Positions 63,501-64,000 of a stretch of DNA of 64,000 bases are shown one piece after another. Position 1 is the stretch's first letter, and every line of letters begins with the position of its first letter. Origin of the DNA: Sphyrna mokarran (Eukaryota); contig JAGIQG010000005.1 of the NCBI GenBank assembly GCA_024679065.1, forward strand, positions 34,844,001 through 34,908,000, read 5' to 3'. Below the pieces are notes generated by a model. The model was not told where the DNA came from and made no database searches. It saw nothing but the letters and a program-made list of their open reading frames with translations. The translations under genes and the position numbers were made by a program.

Positions 63501-64000
63501 TCTAGTATTTCCTCAGGACGATTTGGGGTCTCACGAGCGGAGCTAATAAATCTGCGGGCGATGGCACATTGGGGCTGCTTCTTTCATCCCAGACTCTCTC
63601 CGCATCTTATGCAAGGTATAAATGGCCAATAAATTGACCAATGGGGCTGGAACATAAACTTCATGCGGGGGTCAGGTATTGTTACGAGAAGTTTGTCGCC
63701 TTCGTAAACTGTCTCTGTGCAAAAGTATACATGGGATGCCATAACAGTGCTAAAGATGACAACACCGTCTACACCGCTGGTCCAAGCTCACTCAGAGCTG
63801 GCAACAGAAGCTGGGGCGAACAGGTTATTCTTAAAACTGCTACAGAACGGACTAGACAGTGTGACTCGTACAGTCAAACCGCGTCGTGGCCGGAGATAAC
63901 GCTCACACAAGTTTTAACAGCGTGCGGCTTGTGAATGAGATTGGGGGAAATAATTTAAATGCAACATCTTACCGATCCTCAAAACGTGTGTCATTCCTTG
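60540..64000. promoter_or_regulatory. CpG-retaining, largely repeat-free zone; candidate hypomethylated regulatory domain
   Basis: Visible jump in CpG density (e.g. cggcacggtgacccgagacgg, ggggcggcgcgg, cgtcggc, accgcgtcgtggccgg) and a cluster of TAAT/AATAAA/CCAAT motifs at 63100-63650. Confidence 0.45.
62420..62680. repeat. Degenerate minisatellite, unit about 16 bp (agagtatatgagatgt)
   Basis: About 15 diverged tandem copies, followed by a V-SINE Rex-type tail at 62680-62745. Confidence 0.8.

Noticed and set aside
63641-63934. 97-aa ATG-initiated ORF preceded by TATA- and CCAAT-like motifs
   Set aside because: No recognisable domain or splice structure, the motifs lie too close to the ATG, and the length is within chance. 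Cannot be excluded without RNA-seq.

Overview
Repeat-rich vertebrate genomic DNA, almost certainly from an elasmobranch (shark), judged by HE1/V-SINE, Deu-domain SINE, CR1, Rex1/Babar and Penelope-type repeats. I can find no host protein-coding gene. Every recognisable ORF is transposon-derived: CR1 ORF1 esterase and ORF2 EN/RT, Rex1 RT, a CR1/L2-group RT, a decayed Gypsy pol and a Penelope GIY-YIG C-terminus. The window looks like a gene desert or very large intron. It carries several repeat-free, homeodomain-site-rich candidate enhancers and ends in a CpG-retaining zone (about 60.5-64 kb). The most notable structures are: (1) decayed minimal hammerhead ribozyme motifs in three Penelope-type repeat families; (2) a 94-bp near-perfect palindrome in a TSD-flanked Penelope insertion, whose arms share AT-shifted changes; (3) a near full-length CR1 with an internal inversion bounded by a 26-bp inverted duplication; (4) a Gypsy > Rex1 > 2xCR1 nested stack whose LTR has a PPT upstream and a PBS-like sequence downstream; (5) V-SINEs carrying two different LINE tails; (6) a tRNA-Thr(AGT) pseudogene abutting a SINE. 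I see no convincing new biological system. Family names come from recalled consensus similarity, not database searches, and most element boundaries are approximate.
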